The translations under genes and the position numbers were made by a program. 64,000 nt of DNA from an uncultured virus (IMG/VR IMGVR_UViG_3300029998_000015) (Duplodnaviria; Heunggongvirae; Uroviricota; Caudoviricetes): the IMG/VR virus record IMGVR_UViG_3300029998_000015, one strand, 5' to 3'. How positions within the stretch are numbered: position 1 is the first letter of the stretch; each line of letters starts with the position of its first letter. This document shows positions 9,817-19,508 of this stretch, in pieces. The notes beneath the pieces were generated by a model. It ran no database searches, was not told the origin of the DNA, and worked only from the letters and a program-made list of their open reading frames with translations.

Positions 9817-10264
9817 ATGGTTTTAATATTGTATTAATATCTAATGAAGTTAATTTTAATTTAAGACTATCAATTTTAACAGTATTTATAACAGCAAAAT
9901 ATGTAGGAGTATAATCATGAAATCTAGTGTATTTCAATATCTCTTGTATAAATTTTTGAATATCATTATCAAGAGTTTTAGATTTTATATCAGATTCATT
10001 AAATTTCTTTCTTAAATGTGACCAAATAATATAATAATCACATGACATCATATTATATTTAATGTCAATGTCAAATAATTTTATTCCTTTGTTGAAATTT
10101 GGAATAAATGATAATTCTTTTTTACTTATAACACACAATTTCTTACTACGAATAAATGACTTATCGTAATATAAATATACATGATTAGGAAAAATATCAC
10201 TTGATACTACATAGCATGACTTAAATTTACTCCAAAACCATTTACTTAATTCTTCTTTATCCAT
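9794..10264 (-). CDS. KEEL-family hypothetical protein
   Basis: [31 protein letters not shown]. Confidence 0.85.
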   Translation of the reverse strand: MDKEELSKWFWSKFKSCYVVSSDIFPNHVYLYYDKSFIRSKKLCVISKKELSFIPNFNKGIKLFDIDIKYNMMSCDYYIIWSHLRKKFNESDIKSKTLDNDIQKFIQEILKYTRFHDYTPTYFAVINTVKIDSLKLKLTSLDINTILKPYGQQRFK

Positions 10265-10265
10265 G

Positions 10266-10763
10266 CTATTTTAATATTTTTTTAATGTCTAAATATTTAA
10301 TTTCTAACTGATTAATATCTATAGAGTATAATTCTGGACTTGATTTTAAATCTAAACTGAAAGAACTTGTGCATAAATATGAATGAGAAATAAAAAAATC
10401 TCTATCGTTATGAGAAAATATATTAAATTTGAATATTTCTCCTTTAATAAATTTGTCCAACTCATTGACATTTGATGAGTAATTTGATTCTAAATAACTA
10501 TATATCTTATCATAAGAGCAATTGATACCATAAAGAGAACAATGTATGATTAATAATAATTCACTCTTACCAATGTCAGGTAAAATAGCTTCACTGTCAT
10601 TAATATTATAATATATTGAATTTAATCTTGATAATTTATTACGACGAACATAAGATTTATCATATAATAGATATAATAATTCTGGTTGTGTTGTATCATT
10701 TGCTACATAACAAGATTTTAATATGTCCAAAAACCATTTAATAGATTCATTCTTTGTCATCAT
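10266..10763 (-). CDS. KEEL-family hypothetical protein
   Basis: KWF..KSCY..YDKSYVRRNKL; TATATTTG box at 10803-10810 (-). Confidence 0.8.
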   Translation of the reverse strand: MMTKNESIKWFLDILKSCYVANDTTQPELLYLLYDKSYVRRNKLSRLNSIYYNINDSEAILPDIGKSELLLIIHCSLYGINCSYDKIYSYLESNYSSNVNELDKFIKGEIFKFNIFSHNDRDFFISHSYLCTSSFSLDLKSSPELYSIDINQLEIKYLDIKKILK

Positions 10764-10871
10764 CTGTAATAAAAACTTTATTTGTAATCTCTATATTTTT
10801 TACAAATATACTAAATTATATCCTATCTAACAAATATAAATGTTCAACATGAAAAATTAATATATAACTAC

Positions 10872-11186
10872 ATGAAATATATTAAACAATATGAAGAAAA
10901 AGACTATATTCCACATGTTGGCGATTATGTTCTATGTCATACAGAATCTGACACAAAGGATAAAGATACTTTTAATCACACGATAGGTTATTTTGATAGA
11001 ATGTTTTCAAGCTATTATGTCATAAGATTTGATAAAAAACAGGAGATGAAACAAGGTAATAGAATATATGCAAAAAATGATTTAGATAAAATATATTTAT
11101 ATGCTTATAAATATGAAGTTATATATTGGTCTAAAAATAAAGAAGAGTTAGAATTAATATTAACCGCAAATAAATTTAACCTTTAA
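10872..11186 (+). CDS. Tagged GDYV-family protein
   Basis: MKYIKQYE..PHVGDYVLC..KFNL; AATATATA at 10859-10866. Confidence 0.85.
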   Translation: MKYIKQYEEKDYIPHVGDYVLCHTESDTKDKDTFNHTIGYFDRMFSSYYVIRFDKKQEMKQGNRIYAKNDLDKIYLYAYKYEVIYWSKNKEELELILTANKFNL

Positions 11187-11212
11187 TAACTATGAATTAT
11201 AAAAATAAGTAT

Positions 11213-11220
11213 TACCTTTG
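11213..11220 (+). promoter_or_regulatory. Bacteroidota-type -7 promoter element TAnnTTTG
   Basis: TACCTTTG about 30 nt before the ATG at 11249. Confidence 0.6.
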
Positions 11221-11248
11221 TAGACTAATAATTAATACTAAGTCTATT

Positions 11249-11356
11249 ATGAAAATGCACAACAAAGAAATTATTAAATATGCTATTCGATGGGCAGTAA
11301 TTGCATATGTTTTTCTTTCTATTTTATATATTTCATATATTCATTTTATTCATTAA
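11249..11356 (+). CDS. 35-aa single-pass membrane peptide
   Basis: MKMHNKEIIKYAIRWAVIAYVFLSILYISYIHFIH; lies between the promoter and 11366 gene; below the ORF-track cutoff. Confidence 0.55.
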   Translation: MKMHNKEIIKYAIRWAVIAYVFLSILYISYIHFIH

Positions 11357-11365
11357 CATCACATT

Positions 11366-11581
11366 ATGAAACTAACACTTGGAAATTTATTAATTATAAC
11401 TACAATAGTTTTTACATTATTTGTAGATTTTATATATATTGTAAAGTTTGGTAATCCATTTATATCTCAATTTGGTGGATATTATCAAACATTTGTATAT
11501 ATTACGCTAGAATTTATTATAGTATTTTCTTTAGCATGGGTAGTTAGTTTTATTATAAAACATTGGAACACTGAATTATAA
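11366..11581 (+). CDS. Small two-TM membrane protein
   Basis: Two hydrophobic stretches. Confidence 0.7.
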   Translation: MKLTLGNLLIITTIVFTLFVDFIYIVKFGNPFISQFGGYYQTFVYITLEFIIVFSLAWVVSFIIKHWNTEL

Positions 11582-11616
11582 AAAAAGTTCAACTTAATTA
11601 TAAGTTGAACTTTTTT
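11581..11616. terminator. Bidirectional terminator hairpin
   Basis: aaaaaagttcaactta..taagttgaactttttt between convergent genes. Confidence 0.7.
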
Positions 11617-11933
11617 GTGTTTATATATCTCTCTGCATTATCTATATCAAATGAAAAGTATTCAATCTCACTATCATCAAATACAATAACTTTTACATCA
11701 TTAATCTTGGATATCCAAACTCCATCAGGTATGTCATCATATGTTACAGCATATTTATATTTAATATTCCAATTATCTTTTACTATCCTACCTATTTTAT
11801 TCTGTATAAATTCCTGTTGTTCAGATTTATTATTATTATAAAAATTATTCATATCATTATCAGAATATGAACACACCACATAATCTCCTAATGATGGTTC
11901 ATCAACAATCTCTATTAATTTTAATTTTTTCAT
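11598..11933 (-). CDS. GDYV-family protein with KFNL tag
   Basis: PSLGDYVVC..IGRIVK..YDDIP..KKFNL. Confidence 0.85.
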   Translation of the reverse strand: MKKLKLIEIVDEPSLGDYVVCSYSDNDMNNFYNNNKSEQQEFIQNKIGRIVKDNWNIKYKYAVTYDDIPDGVWISKINDVKVIVFDDSEIEYFSFDIDNAERYINTKKFNL

Positions 11934-12235
11934 ATATTGAACTTTTTAGAATTAATTATTGACTCAATAGTATCTTTATCACTGTTCCAATTTATTATCT
12001 CTTCCCTTTTAAAAACTATAATTCTTTCATTATCAATAATATTGTTCCATAAATCTCCTGGTATATTATCAAAAGTTATAAAATAAGAATATTTACCACC
12101 ATCATAATATTTAACAATTTTACCAATTTTATCTTTTATGAAATCGTTATATTTATCAAATTCACCAATATCACCACATGAACAAATGACATAGTCTCCT
12201 ACCTTTGGCTCAGATTTAATCTCTTTGTCTTTCAT
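11930..12235 (-). CDS. GDYV-family protein with KFNI tag
   Basis: PKVGDYVIC..FDNIP..KKFNI. Confidence 0.85.
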   Translation of the reverse strand: MKDKEIKSEPKVGDYVICSCGDIGEFDKYNDFIKDKIGKIVKYYDGGKYSYFITFDNIPGDLWNNIIDNERIIVFKREEIINWNSDKDTIESIINSKKFNI

Positions 12236-12594
12236 ATATTAAATTTTTTAGATATTAATATCAATTCTAATTCTTTTATATCTTTACTACAATATTCAAT
12301 GTCATAAATATCTCTAGATAATTCAAGATAAACATCAGAATAATTATCATCTTTATCAAGACTCAATAACTCTTTTATTCTAACAGGAGCATCTTTATAT
12401 TCAATGTCATATATAACTTCATTATTTCTTTTTCGACGTCTTATTCTATAAATTTTACCTACATGAGAGTTTAAATAATCTCTTTGATAATTACTGTCGA
12501 TATCTGAATAATCAACATCATCATTAATTATTACATAATCACCAACTTCTGGATTATCTTTATTTAAACTATCGTTAAAATTATTTATTTTCAT
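12232..12594 (-). CDS. Tagged GDYV-family protein
   Basis: MKINNFNDS..PEVGDYVII..KKFNI. Confidence 0.85.
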   Translation of the reverse strand: MKINNFNDSLNKDNPEVGDYVIINDDVDYSDIDSNYQRDYLNSHVGKIYRIRRRKRNNEVIYDIEYKDAPVRIKELLSLDKDDNYSDVYLELSRDIYDIEYCSKDIKELELILISKKFNI

Positions 12595-12687
12595 ATGTTA
12601 ATTTTATTCAGTGGTCACAAATTATTCTATAATTTACCGCATTATGATGTGACCACAAAGATAATAAATATTTTTCAATTATGAAAA

Positions 12688-13314
12688 TTATAAATTAAAT
12701 TTTCTTGCCATTACTTTTTCTGGATATTTAATCGCAAACCATTCTCTATATTCTCTTAAATCTGAATACGGTAATTCATTACCTGTACATTCTAAATCTA
12801 CTAAGCTTTGAGGTAACTCAGGTAACTCTGTTAATTTATTATTTGAACAATCTAAAAATTCTAAACCATCAGGCAAATTAGGCATTGATGTTAATTGATT
12901 TCCTGTACATTGCAAATCTCTTAATGTGCTTGGTAACTTAGGTAATGAAGTTAATTTGTTATTCATACAATATAGTTCAATTAATATGTCAGTAAGATCA
13001 GGTAACTTAATTATTCTATTATCTGAACAATATAGATATTTTAATGAACTTGGTATTTTATCTAACTTATTCAAGTCATTTTCAGAACAATTTAATGTTA
13101 TCAATGTATTCGGTAACTTAGGCATTAAAGATATTGGATTACTCTCGCAATCTAAAATTTCTAATTTAATAGGTAATTTTGGTAAAGATTTTATATTATT
13201 ATTAGCACAACTTAAATATGTTAATGTATCAGGCAACTCTGGTATTTCTGATAATCCACTAAATGAACAATTTAATTCTGTGGTCACACTCTCAAATTTC
13301 TTTATGTATTTCAT
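12688..13314 (-). CDS. Tagged LRR protein
   Basis: Start reassigned to 13314 (MKYIKKFES); LPxLP repeats; RKFNL. Confidence 0.9.
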   Translation of the reverse strand: MKYIKKFESVTTELNCSFSGLSEIPELPDTLTYLSCANNNIKSLPKLPIKLEILDCESNPISLMPKLPNTLITLNCSENDLNKLDKIPSSLKYLYCSDNRIIKLPDLTDILIELYCMNNKLTSLPKLPSTLRDLQCTGNQLTSMPNLPDGLEFLDCSNNKLTELPELPQSLVDLECTGNELPYSDLREYREWFAIKYPEKVMARKFNL

Positions 13315-13315
13315 A

Positions 13316-14065
13316 TTATATGTTAAATTTTTTAGACATTCCCTGAGGAGTTTTAGAAAACCATTTCTTATATTCATCTAAATTATCATAAGGTAAATTA
13401 TTATCAGAGCAATTCAATGTTATTAATGTATCAGGTAACTCTGGTAGTTCTTTCAAATTATTATTTGAACAAGATAAATATCTTAATGACTTAGGTATAA
13501 ATAAAATTTCATTTAAAAGATTATATGAACAATATAATTCTTCTAATTTATCAGGTAAATGTGGTAAATTTGTTAAATTATTATATGAACAATCCAATGA
13601 TTCTATTGTATTGGGTAATTTAGGTATCTCTATTAAATGATTTTTGTTGCAATATAAATATTCTAATTTTCCGGGTAATTCTGGTAATTCATTCAATTTA
13701 TTATTAGAACAATATAATTCTAATAAAGTATCAGGTAATTTTGGTAACTCAGATATATTATTTTTAAAGCAATCTAAATATTCTAATCTTATTGGTAATT
13801 CTGGTAAATCCATTAACTTATTATTACCAGAATAAAGTATTCTTAAATTTTTAGGTAACTCAGGAAAGATTTCAAATTTATTGTTACTAAAATTCAAATT
13901 TAATAATGTACTAGGCAATTTTGGTAAATATGTCAAATTATTGTCTTTACATACCAAATGTTCTAAGCCTTCATATAACTCTGGTAATTCAGATAACCCG
14001 CTAAAAGAATAATCCAACTCTGTTTCAACACTCTCAACACTCTCAAATTTCTTTATATACTTCAT
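13316..14065 (-). CDS. Tagged LRR protein
   Basis: MKYIKKFES; about 10 LRRs; KKFNI. Confidence 0.9.
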   Translation of the reverse strand: MKYIKKFESVESVETELDYSFSGLSELPELYEGLEHLVCKDNNLTYLPKLPSTLLNLNFSNNKFEIFPELPKNLRILYSGNNKLMDLPELPIRLEYLDCFKNNISELPKLPDTLLELYCSNNKLNELPELPGKLEYLYCNKNHLIEIPKLPNTIESLDCSYNNLTNLPHLPDKLEELYCSYNLLNEILFIPKSLRYLSCSNNNLKELPELPDTLITLNCSDNNLPYDNLDEYKKWFSKTPQGMSKKFNI

Positions 14066-14066
14066 A

Positions 14067-14753
14067 TTATATGTTAAATTTTCTAGCCATGGCTATATCT
14101 GGAAATTTATTATCAAACCATATTTGGTATTGTTCTAAATTTTCATAAGGTAAATCATTACCCAAACAATTTAAATATATTAATGACATAGGTAACTCAG
14201 GCAACTCAGTTAATTTGTTATTTGAACAATCTAATTCTCTTAATGTACTAGGTAAATCAGGTAATAATTCTAACTTATTAAAATTACAGTGTAAATGTTT
14301 TAACGTATTAGGTAAATCAGGTAATGATTCTAATTTATTACCAGAACAATAAAAATATACTAATGAATCAGGTAACTCAGGTAATGAAGATAATTCATTA
14401 TTTGAACAATATATTTCTCTTATATAATGAGGTAATTCTGGTAATGAAATTAAACTATTTGACATACACCTCATCATTTTCAAACTATTAGGTAACTCAG
14501 GTAATGATTCTAATTTATTAAAATTACAAAGTAAATTTATTAAAGTATCAGGCAATTCTGGTAATGATTCTAATTTATTGCTGTTACAATTTAACACTTC
14601 TAATGTGCTTGGCAACTTAGGTAAATATTTTAAATCATTATAAAAACATGATAATTTTATTAATCCATCAGGTAATTCAGGAATTTCTTTTAATCCTGCT
14701 ATGGAATAATCTAAATCTTTTATTATTGTATAATATTTGTTTATGTATTTCAT
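14067..14753 (-). CDS. Tagged LRR protein
   Basis: LRR repeats; RKFNI. Confidence 0.9.
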   Translation of the reverse strand: MKYINKYYTIIKDLDYSIAGLKEIPELPDGLIKLSCFYNDLKYLPKLPSTLEVLNCNSNKLESLPELPDTLINLLCNFNKLESLPELPNSLKMMRCMSNSLISLPELPHYIREIYCSNNELSSLPELPDSLVYFYCSGNKLESLPDLPNTLKHLHCNFNKLELLPDLPSTLRELDCSNNKLTELPELPMSLIYLNCLGNDLPYENLEQYQIWFDNKFPDIAMARKFNI

Positions 14754-14760
14754 TTATATT

Positions 14761-15135
14761 TTATATGTTAAATTTTTTAATCATTGAATTAAAGTACCAT
14801 TCTTTGTATCCTTCTAAACTATCATAAGGTAAATGATTTCCTTTACAATATAATAATGTTAATGTATCAGGTAACTTTGGTAGTATTTTTAATTCATTGT
14901 AACCACAATCTAAATATTCTAATTTATCAGGAAGTTTTGGTAAAGTTTCTAATTTGTTACAACTACAATCTAAATATATTAATGAATCAGGTAACTCAGG
15001 TAGCTCAGCCAATCTATTATTATAACAATATAAATGTTTCAACGTATCAGGTAACTCTTCTCTTAGTTCAGTTAATCCTCTATTAGACTTATATAAAAAT
15101 TTAATTTCTTTCTCAAAAATTTTAATGTGTTTCAT
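14761..15135 (-). CDS. Tagged LRR protein
   Basis: MKHIKIFE; LRRs; KKFNI. Confidence 0.9.
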   Translation of the reverse strand: MKHIKIFEKEIKFLYKSNRGLTELREELPDTLKHLYCYNNRLAELPELPDSLIYLDCSCNKLETLPKLPDKLEYLDCGYNELKILPKLPDTLTLLYCKGNHLPYDSLEGYKEWYFNSMIKKFNI

Positions 15136-15581
15136 ATGTTAAATTTATTTGCATTAACTACCTCAGGATGATTAATATTCAGCCATTCATTATATTCCGC
15201 CAGATTTTTAAAAGGAGCATCATTTCCTTTGCAAAATAATTCTTTTAATGTGACTGGTAATATTATAGGACATTTAATTAATATATTATAATCAAATGAT
15301 AAATATTCTAATCTACTTGGTAACTCTGTTAATTTTTCTAAATTATTATCATAACATGACAAAATTCTTAATGATTTTGGTAACTCAGGTAACTTAGTTA
15401 ATTTATTATCTGAACAATACAATTCTTCTAGCCCATTTGGCAACTCAGGTAGTTCAGTTAATCTATTGCCATAACAGTATAATTTAATTAATGTTTTAGG
15501 TAATTTTGGTAATGTGCCTAATCCGTTAGCATTATAATATAATTCTTTCACTACTTTTTCAAACATTTTAATGTATTTCAT
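15132..15581 (-). CDS. Tagged LRR protein
   Basis: MKYIKMFE; LRRs; NKFNI; AATATATA upstream. Confidence 0.9.
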   Translation of the reverse strand: MKYIKMFEKVVKELYYNANGLGTLPKLPKTLIKLYCYGNRLTELPELPNGLEELYCSDNKLTKLPELPKSLRILSCYDNNLEKLTELPSRLEYLSFDYNILIKCPIILPVTLKELFCKGNDAPFKNLAEYNEWLNINHPEVVNANKFNI

Positions 15582-15623
15582 GTGAGTATATATTATATTT
15601 CAATTGTCAAATCCTTATATTGA

Positions 15624-15653
15624 AAAACTCAGTTAAAATTAATTAACTGAGTT
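15624..15653. terminator. AACTCAGTTAA hairpin (copy 1 of 9)
   Basis: aactcagttaa-aattaa-ttaactgagtt after a fibre-like gene. Confidence 0.8.
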
Positions 15654-15661
15654 GTTTATTT

Positions 15662-17545
15662 TTATTCATTAGCATTTACAATTGTGTTCCTGTCGTATGC
15701 TAATTTTTGTTGTCCTGATGAATCTACATATAATTCTTTTGTGTAAGATTGATAAACATGAGTAGATGATGAGAAATCCAATCCACCACTAGTACTAAAT
15801 GAATCAAAAATATTATTCATTCTAAAATAACTTCCAATCCTATTATTTTGAAATAGATTTCCAATACTATTATATCCAAAATTACTACCAATAGTATTAT
15901 AATTAACAAAATTTCCAATAGTATTACCATAAAAATAACTATCAATACTATCATTTCTAAAATTACTACCAATACTATTATTTATAAAATTACTACCAAT
16001 ACTATTATAATAAAAATAACTTCCAATACTATTATAATAAAAATCAATACCAATACTATTATATGCAAAATTACTACCAATACTATTAGAATTAAAATTA
16101 CTACCAATACTATTATATCCAAAATTACTACCAATACTATTCATTCTAAAATTACTACCAATACTATTATAATAAAAAACACTACAAATATTATTCATTC
16201 TAAAATCACTACCAATATTATTAGAATAAAAATCACTACCAATACTATTAGCATTAAAATAACTACCGATACTATTAGAATTAAAATAACTACCAATACT
16301 ATTATAAAAAAAATCACTACCAATACTATTAGCATTAAAATAACTACCAATACTATTAGAATAAAAATAACTACCAATACTATTAGAATAAAAATTACTA
16401 CCGATACTATTAGAATTAAAATTACTACCAAAAATGACATTATTTGAATTATATAATATTTCTATATTTGAATTAGGAAATTGAATAATATTAGAATATG
16501 CTGTTTCATAATTACTCCAATCACTCCACATATTATAATCAGTATATTCGGTTGAACATGATATTCTTAAATTACCAACAGATAAATTATCAGGAAAGAT
16601 ACTAATATAACTTAAATTATTCCATTCAAATAACTTCCAAACTTTTTCATTGTCTTGACTTGGATCTACATTGTATGTATTATTAGTTATACAAATATAA
16701 ATATTTAATGAATCTTTATATGAAACAACACTATTTCTAGTATAGGTTATTCCTGAAATCCAACTATTAGTAACATTTATTTGCCATCTTCTAAACTTAG
16801 CTTGTCTAAAATCAAAAGGAATATCATTATTTTGTAATGTATCTATTCTTCTATAAATATATCCCTTTGTACAACCTGGAATCATAACTTGATCATTTTT
16901 ATGATTGTAATAAATTACATCCTGAGGATATAAAGTAGAATAAGCTTCTGGTTTCAATGTATTTAATCCACTAGCTGTAACTAATAACGGTTCAATGATA
17001 CCAGTAGATAAATAATCATTTGGATATTCAAAAACCTTTGTATCACTCCAATAATTAGGTGATTCATTAGTTGCTATAAATGGAACTCCATCACTTACAT
17101 AACCTACATTACTAAAATCATCATCAGAGTTTTCATCAGGATTATTAGTTTTAAATAAGTAATATATGATATATTCCTTTCCTATTTCTAAATTATTCCA
17201 ATATTCAGTGTACGGTATTACATGTACTGTCTGATAATCAGTTATTAAATATGAAGAATTTATTGTTAATCCACTATTATTTATTAATTCACTCAATTCA
17301 TTATATGTAACATTAGTTACTACACTTCCAGTACTTCCTGTATTTGATGTACCATCAACTCCTGATGTACCATTTAATCCATTTACACCTGAAGTTCCAG
17401 ATGCTCCAGAATTTCCGTTTCCAGTTGTTCCTGTCATTGCATAAACTTCATTAAAATTGTTATTAATTTTAATGAATGAATCTCTTAGATTATCACCAGT
17501 GCCGTCATTAGGATATGTGCCGATATTAATTGTTTGTTTGCTCAT
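15662..17545 (-). CDS. Tail fibre/spike-like protein with T4 gp9/gp10-like N-terminus and beta-helix repeats
   Basis: INIGTYPNDGTGDNLRDSFIKINNNFNEVY; GTSG linker; TDYQT..EPLLVTA..PQDVIYY domain; 9-aa NSIGSxFxx repeats. Confidence 0.75.
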   Translation of the reverse strand: MSKQTINIGTYPNDGTGDNLRDSFIKINNNFNEVYAMTGTTGNGNSGASGTSGVNGLNGTSGVDGTSNTGSTGSVVTNVTYNELSELINNSGLTINSSYLITDYQTVHVIPYTEYWNNLEIGKEYIIYYLFKTNNPDENSDDDFSNVGYVSDGVPFIATNESPNYWSDTKVFEYPNDYLSTGIIEPLLVTASGLNTLKPEAYSTLYPQDVIYYNHKNDQVMIPGCTKGYIYRRIDTLQNNDIPFDFRQAKFRRWQINVTNSWISGITYTRNSVVSYKDSLNIYICITNNTYNVDPSQDNEKVWKLFEWNNLSYISIFPDNLSVGNLRISCSTEYTDYNMWSDWSNYETAYSNIIQFPNSNIEILYNSNNVIFGSNFNSNSIGSNFYSNSIGSYFYSNSIGSYFNANSIGSDFFYNSIGSYFNSNSIGSYFNANSIGSDFYSNNIGSDFRMNNICSVFYYNSIGSNFRMNSIGSNFGYNSIGSNFNSNSIGSNFAYNSIGIDFYYNSIGSYFYYNSIGSNFINNSIGSNFRNDSIDSYFYGNTIGNFVNYNTIGSNFGYNSIGNLFQNNRIGSYFRMNNIFDSFSTSGGLDFSSSTHVYQSYTKELYVDSSGQQKLAYDRNTIVNANE

Positions 17546-17572
17546 TAATATTTTTATTTCTATATATTAAAA

Positions 17573-17600
17573 AACTCAGTTAAAATTAATTAACTGAGTT
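17573..17600. terminator. AACTCAGTTAA hairpin (copy 2), abutting late-type promoter of the next gene
   Basis: Identical hairpin; TTAATATATAGAAATAAAA on - strand. Confidence 0.8.
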
Positions 17601-17608
17601 GTTTATTT

Positions 17609-19447
17609 TTATTCATTAGCATCTACAATTATCATCTTGTCATATATTAACTTCTTATTACCTGATGAATCTATGTATAATTCTTTATTGTATTGATTGT
17701 AAACATGAGTAGATGATGAAAAATCCAATCCACCACTAGTACTAAATGAATCAAAAATATTATTCATTCTAAAATAACTTCCAATCGTATTATAATAAAA
17801 CAAACTTCCAATACTATTATTTTGAAAATTAATTCCAATACTATTAGAATTAAAATTACTACCGATACTATTATTTATAAAATTACTACCAATACTATTA
17901 TAATAAAAATAACTTCCAATAGAATTGTAATTGAAATAACTTCCAATATTATTATCATAAAAACCACTTTCAATAGAATTATTCTCACATGAAATTCCTA
18001 TTGTGTTATTTCTAAAATAACTTACAACATTATTATTATCAAAATTCCTTCCAATGTTATTAGAAGAAAAACTACTTACTATTATATTATTACTAAAACT
18101 ACTTCCAATTGTATTATTACCAAATTCACTTCCAATAATATTATATTGACACCCTTTTCCTATGCTATTTTGATAATATCCACTTCCAATTGTATTATTC
18201 ATAAAATCCATTCCAATTGTATTATTATTAAATTCACTTCCAATAATATTATTTCGAAAATTGCTTCCAATATTATTACCATCAAATCCACTTCCAATTG
18301 TATTACAATTGAAATCACCACCAAAAATCACACTATTTGAGTATCTAATTAAGTCCCCATATTGTGAATTAGATGAGCCTATTTTATTTGAATATGATGA
18401 TAAATAATTAGTCCAATCACTCCACATATTATAATCAGTATATCCTGTTGAACACATAATTTCTACATTATTACCAATATAACAAGAATCTGGATAAATA
18501 CTTATATATGATAAATTACTCCATTCAAATATCTTCCAAAAATTATCACTATCTTGAATTGGATCAATATTAGTTACATTATCAGATAAACATATATAAA
18601 TATCTGAATTTCCACATAATACTACATCATTCCTATTATAAGTAGTACTTGAAATCCAAATGTTAGTGACATCAATCTGCCATCTTCTAAATTTTACATT
18701 CCTGAAATCAAAAGATATATCATTATCATGTAAAGTATCAACTCTTCTGTAAATATATCCTTTTGTGCATCCAGGTGTAATAATTTGATCACTCTTATGA
18801 TTATAATAAATTACGTCCTGAGAATATAAAGTAGAATATGCTTCTGGTTTTAATGTATCAACACTACTTGATGTTACTAATAAAGGTTCAATTTGTGAAG
18901 TAAACAAATAATCAGTTGAGTAATCATATACATAAGTATTATCCCAATAATTAGGATATTCATTCGTTGATACAAATGGAACACCATCACTTAAATATCC
19001 AACATTACTAAAATCGTCAGATTCATCATCAGGATTATTGCTTTTGAATAAATGATATATAATATATTCTTTACCTATTTGTAAATTGTTCCAATATTCT
19101 GTATTAGGTATAATATGTACTGTCTGATAGTCAGTAATTAAATAAGATGAATTTGTTGTTAATCCACTATTATTTATTAATTCACTCAATTCATTATATG
19201 TAACATTAGTTACTACACTTCCAGTACTTCCTGTATTTGATGTACCATCAACTCCTGATGTACCATTTAATCCATTTGTTCCATTAAATCCTGATGTTCC
19301 AGATGTTCCAGAATTTCCGTTTTCTGTTGTTCCTGTCATTGCATAAACTTCATTAAAATTGTTATTAATTTTAATGAATGAATCTCTTAGATTATCTCCA
19401 GTTCCATCATTTGGATAAGTACCGATATTAATTGTTTGTTTGCTCAT
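17609..19447 (-). CDS. Tail fibre/spike-like protein, gp9/gp10-like N-terminus, paralog of 15662..17545
   Basis: Near-identical N-terminus; same domains. Confidence 0.75.
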   Translation of the reverse strand: MSKQTINIGTYPNDGTGDNLRDSFIKINNNFNEVYAMTGTTENGNSGTSGTSGFNGTNGLNGTSGVDGTSNTGSTGSVVTNVTYNELSELINNSGLTTNSSYLITDYQTVHIIPNTEYWNNLQIGKEYIIYHLFKSNNPDDESDDFSNVGYLSDGVPFVSTNEYPNYWDNTYVYDYSTDYLFTSQIEPLLVTSSSVDTLKPEAYSTLYSQDVIYYNHKSDQIITPGCTKGYIYRRVDTLHDNDISFDFRNVKFRRWQIDVTNIWISSTTYNRNDVVLCGNSDIYICLSDNVTNIDPIQDSDNFWKIFEWSNLSYISIYPDSCYIGNNVEIMCSTGYTDYNMWSDWTNYLSSYSNKIGSSNSQYGDLIRYSNSVIFGGDFNCNTIGSGFDGNNIGSNFRNNIIGSEFNNNTIGMDFMNNTIGSGYYQNSIGKGCQYNIIGSEFGNNTIGSSFSNNIIVSSFSSNNIGRNFDNNNVVSYFRNNTIGISCENNSIESGFYDNNIGSYFNYNSIGSYFYYNSIGSNFINNSIGSNFNSNSIGINFQNNSIGSLFYYNTIGSYFRMNNIFDSFSTSGGLDFSSSTHVYNQYNKELYIDSSGNKKLIYDKMIIVDANE

Positions 19448-19472
19448 TAATATTTTTATTTCTATATATTAA

Positions 19473-19503
19473 AAAACTCAGTTAAAATTAATTAACTGAG
19501 TTA
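19473..19503. terminator. AACTCAGTTAA hairpin (copy 3)
   Basis: Identical hairpin. Confidence 0.8.
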
Positions 19504-19508
19504 GTTTA

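Noticed and set aside
15860..16430. Diversity-generating retroelement acting on the NSIG repeats (aat to tat/gat changes)
   Set aside because: No reverse transcriptase or template/variable repeat pair in the window, and many adenines are invariant.
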